Positions 62,425-64,000 of a stretch of 64,000 bases of DNA are shown here, in pieces (position 1 is the first letter of the stretch; the number at the start of each line of letters is the position of its first letter). The notes below the pieces were generated by a model, which did not search any database, was not told the origin of the DNA, and worked only from the letters and a program-made list of their open reading frames with translations. The translations under genes and the position numbers were made by a program. This DNA comes from an uncultured Lentisphaerales bacterium (GTDB lineage Bacteria; Verrucomicrobiota; Lentisphaeria; JABSQK01; UBA12247): NCBI GenBank assembly GCA_943788985.1, contig CALSSJ010000012.1, positions 192,001-256,000 on the forward strand, read 5' to 3'.

Positions 62425-63585
62425 ATGATTCAGCGTGAATCGGTAACGGTGCGAGCGATCGCCATCGCCTGGGCAGTCGCGATGATTGGAGGTGGGAATT
62501 TGCCGGCGAACCAAAGCGAATCATTTGTGGACGGCGTGTCTCCGGGCTCGCTCTTTCGGTATGGTGTCCATAGCCTGAAGTGGACGGCGGATGCGAATGG
62601 CAACGCTCTGATGGATCTGGGCGAGGTTGAGAGTGAGCGGGCTGGGCAGTGGGAACCGCTCACCAAGGGTGAGTTCGACCATACGGTCAAGCGCCGCCGT
62701 CTGTTGATGTACATGCCGAACGCATACATCTACAAGAAGACTCCCACTCGCGATCTAACACTGTATATCGATTTTCCTACGGAGTGGAAGGCTACGGATA
62801 AGCGCCCGGTAATGCTGTGGTTTTTTGGCGGTGCCTGGAATACTGGAGATCCAGCGGCCTTTAAGCCGCAGGCAGACTACTTCGCCAAACGTGGGGTGGT
62901 TGGGATCTGTGTGGATTATCGAACCCGGACCATGGATGATATTCGCGGTGACGGCTATATCTCCGCGCAGGATGGCAAGACTGCCATTCGCTGGGTACGG
63001 AAGAACGCGGCGAGCCTGGGCATAGACCCCGACCAAGTCATGGCCGGTGGCGACTCCGCTGGCGGGCACCTCGCTGTTGCGACGCAAATAGCGACCTTGA
63101 ATGACCCCGCAGATGATCTGTCGATCTCAGGCAGCGTGTCCGCCTTGCTGCTGCACAATCCCTACGTGGTTAGGATCAACGATAAGTGCTGGGTATTTCA
63201 GCTGGATTTCAAGACGCTTCCTCCGGTCTGGATCGCATATGGGGGCAAGGACGTAGCAGCCTATACCGACGACCCGACCACGGCGCGTACGACACAGAAC
63301 GGCGAAAGTTTTATTCGCAAATTGCAGCAGGCCGGTGCTACGCTAAGGACCTACATTAAGGAAGAGTGCAGGCATGGGTTCTGCTCGGGCGGACCTCACC
63401 TGAACCCCAGCACCCGGGATATGGATGACTTCCTGCAAAGCTGCGGGCTGTTGCCGGCGCCGATAGCTGAGGTGCCTGGCGAGATTATGCGACAGGTGGT
63501 GTCCCGACACATGCAGAAGGCGAGTGCAGGAGAGCTCCCGCGCAGCGTTCCGCGTGTCCTTGAATTTGCAAATAAAGCTAACTAG
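62425..63585 (+). CDS. Secreted alpha/beta hydrolase (esterase)
   Basis: FFGGAW, VDYR, GDSAGGH, HGF. Confidence 0.85.
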   Translation: MIQRESVTVRAIAIAWAVAMIGGGNLPANQSESFVDGVSPGSLFRYGVHSLKWTADANGNALMDLGEVESERAGQWEPLTKGEFDHTVKRRRLLMYMPNAYIYKKTPTRDLTLYIDFPTEWKATDKRPVMLWFFGGAWNTGDPAAFKPQADYFAKRGVVGICVDYRTRTMDDIRGDGYISAQDGKTAIRWVRKNAASLGIDPDQVMAGGDSAGGHLAVATQIATLNDPADDLSISGSVSALLLHNPYVVRINDKCWVFQLDFKTLPPVWIAYGGKDVAAYTDDPTTARTTQNGESFIRKLQQAGATLRTYIKEECRHGFCSGGPHLNPSTRDMDDFLQSCGLLPAPIAEVPGEIMRQVVSRHMQKASAGELPRSVPRVLEFANKAN

Positions 63586-63593
63586 CCACGGGT

Positions 63594-64000
63594 ATGTCTA
63601 AGATGAACGAAATGGACGTAATTGTTGAGTTATCGCACGAGTTCGGCGGTCCTGCGTATGTCAAAGGCGGAGGTGGCAACACCTCGGTCAAGAACGAAAG
63701 CACCTTGTGGGTTAAGCCCTCTGGGACCACACTTTCCGGATTGACCCCGGAAAGGTTCGTGGCGATGAACCGAGCCAAAATCGACGATCTGTACGCGGTG
63801 CCTACGCCTAAGGACGCTGGTGCCCGCGAGGAGACCGTGAAAAACCTGATGGCGGCGGCTGTAGAGAATGACGCGGGACGCCCCTCGGTAGAAGCACCGC
63901 TGCACAATGTCTTTGAGGCTACCTACGTCGTGCACACGCACCCTATGTTGGTGAACGGGCTGACCTGTGCCGTGGACGGCGAGGCCGCCTGTGAACGGCT
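63594..64000 (+). CDS. Class II aldolase family protein, 3'-truncated by window edge
   Basis: Hand translation GGGGNTSVK, VKPSG, RPSVEAPLH, VVHTHP. Confidence 0.88.
   Translation, partial: MSKMNEMDVIVELSHEFGGPAYVKGGGGNTSVKNESTLWVKPSGTTLSGLTPERFVAMNRAKIDDLYAVPTPKDAGAREETVKNLMAAAVENDAGRPSVEAPLHNVFEATYVVHTHPMLVNGLTCAVDGEAACER

Noticed and set aside
1..64000. CRISPR array, rRNA, or DGR/retron reverse transcriptase
   Set aside because: No regularly spaced repeats, rRNA-like tracts or RT motifs seen by eye

Overview
A roughly 60% GC bacterial window. The sulfatases, SHD1-domain proteins and PQQ-propeller gene suggest a PVC-superphylum organism (Lentisphaerae/Kiritimatiellae/Verrucomicrobia-like); this is inference only. 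Intact blocks, in order: a MacB-type ABC exporter tail with a Cys-rich lipoprotein; an atypical HtpG/Hsp90 paralog coupled to a large Cys-motif TPR protein; mtnA translationally coupled to a class II aldolase-SDR fusion; a sulfatase/esterase/GH28-like polysaccharide cluster; corA-hypothetical-mscS; tRNA-Arg(CCT); a sulfur amino-acid block (metB-like, cysK, rsmB-like, Rrf2, cysD, cysN, metX-metW fusion); an orphan GAF-GspE/PilB ATPase; and a Gfo/Idh/MocA-GH88-esterase-aldolase cluster. Between them lie many decayed or mosaic remnants: IS21, an LRR/Roco-like stub absent from the ORF track, PhyH, Gfo/Idh/MocA, an IS1634 stub, three receiver-Ser/Thr kinase hybrids, an internally deleted sulfatase, and GspF/desaturase/AraC fragments. 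The best candidates for undescribed systems are the Hsp90-like + TPR pair and the mtnA + aldolase-SDR module. No CRISPR array or rRNA was seen. All family calls come from motif recognition by eye, without database searches.
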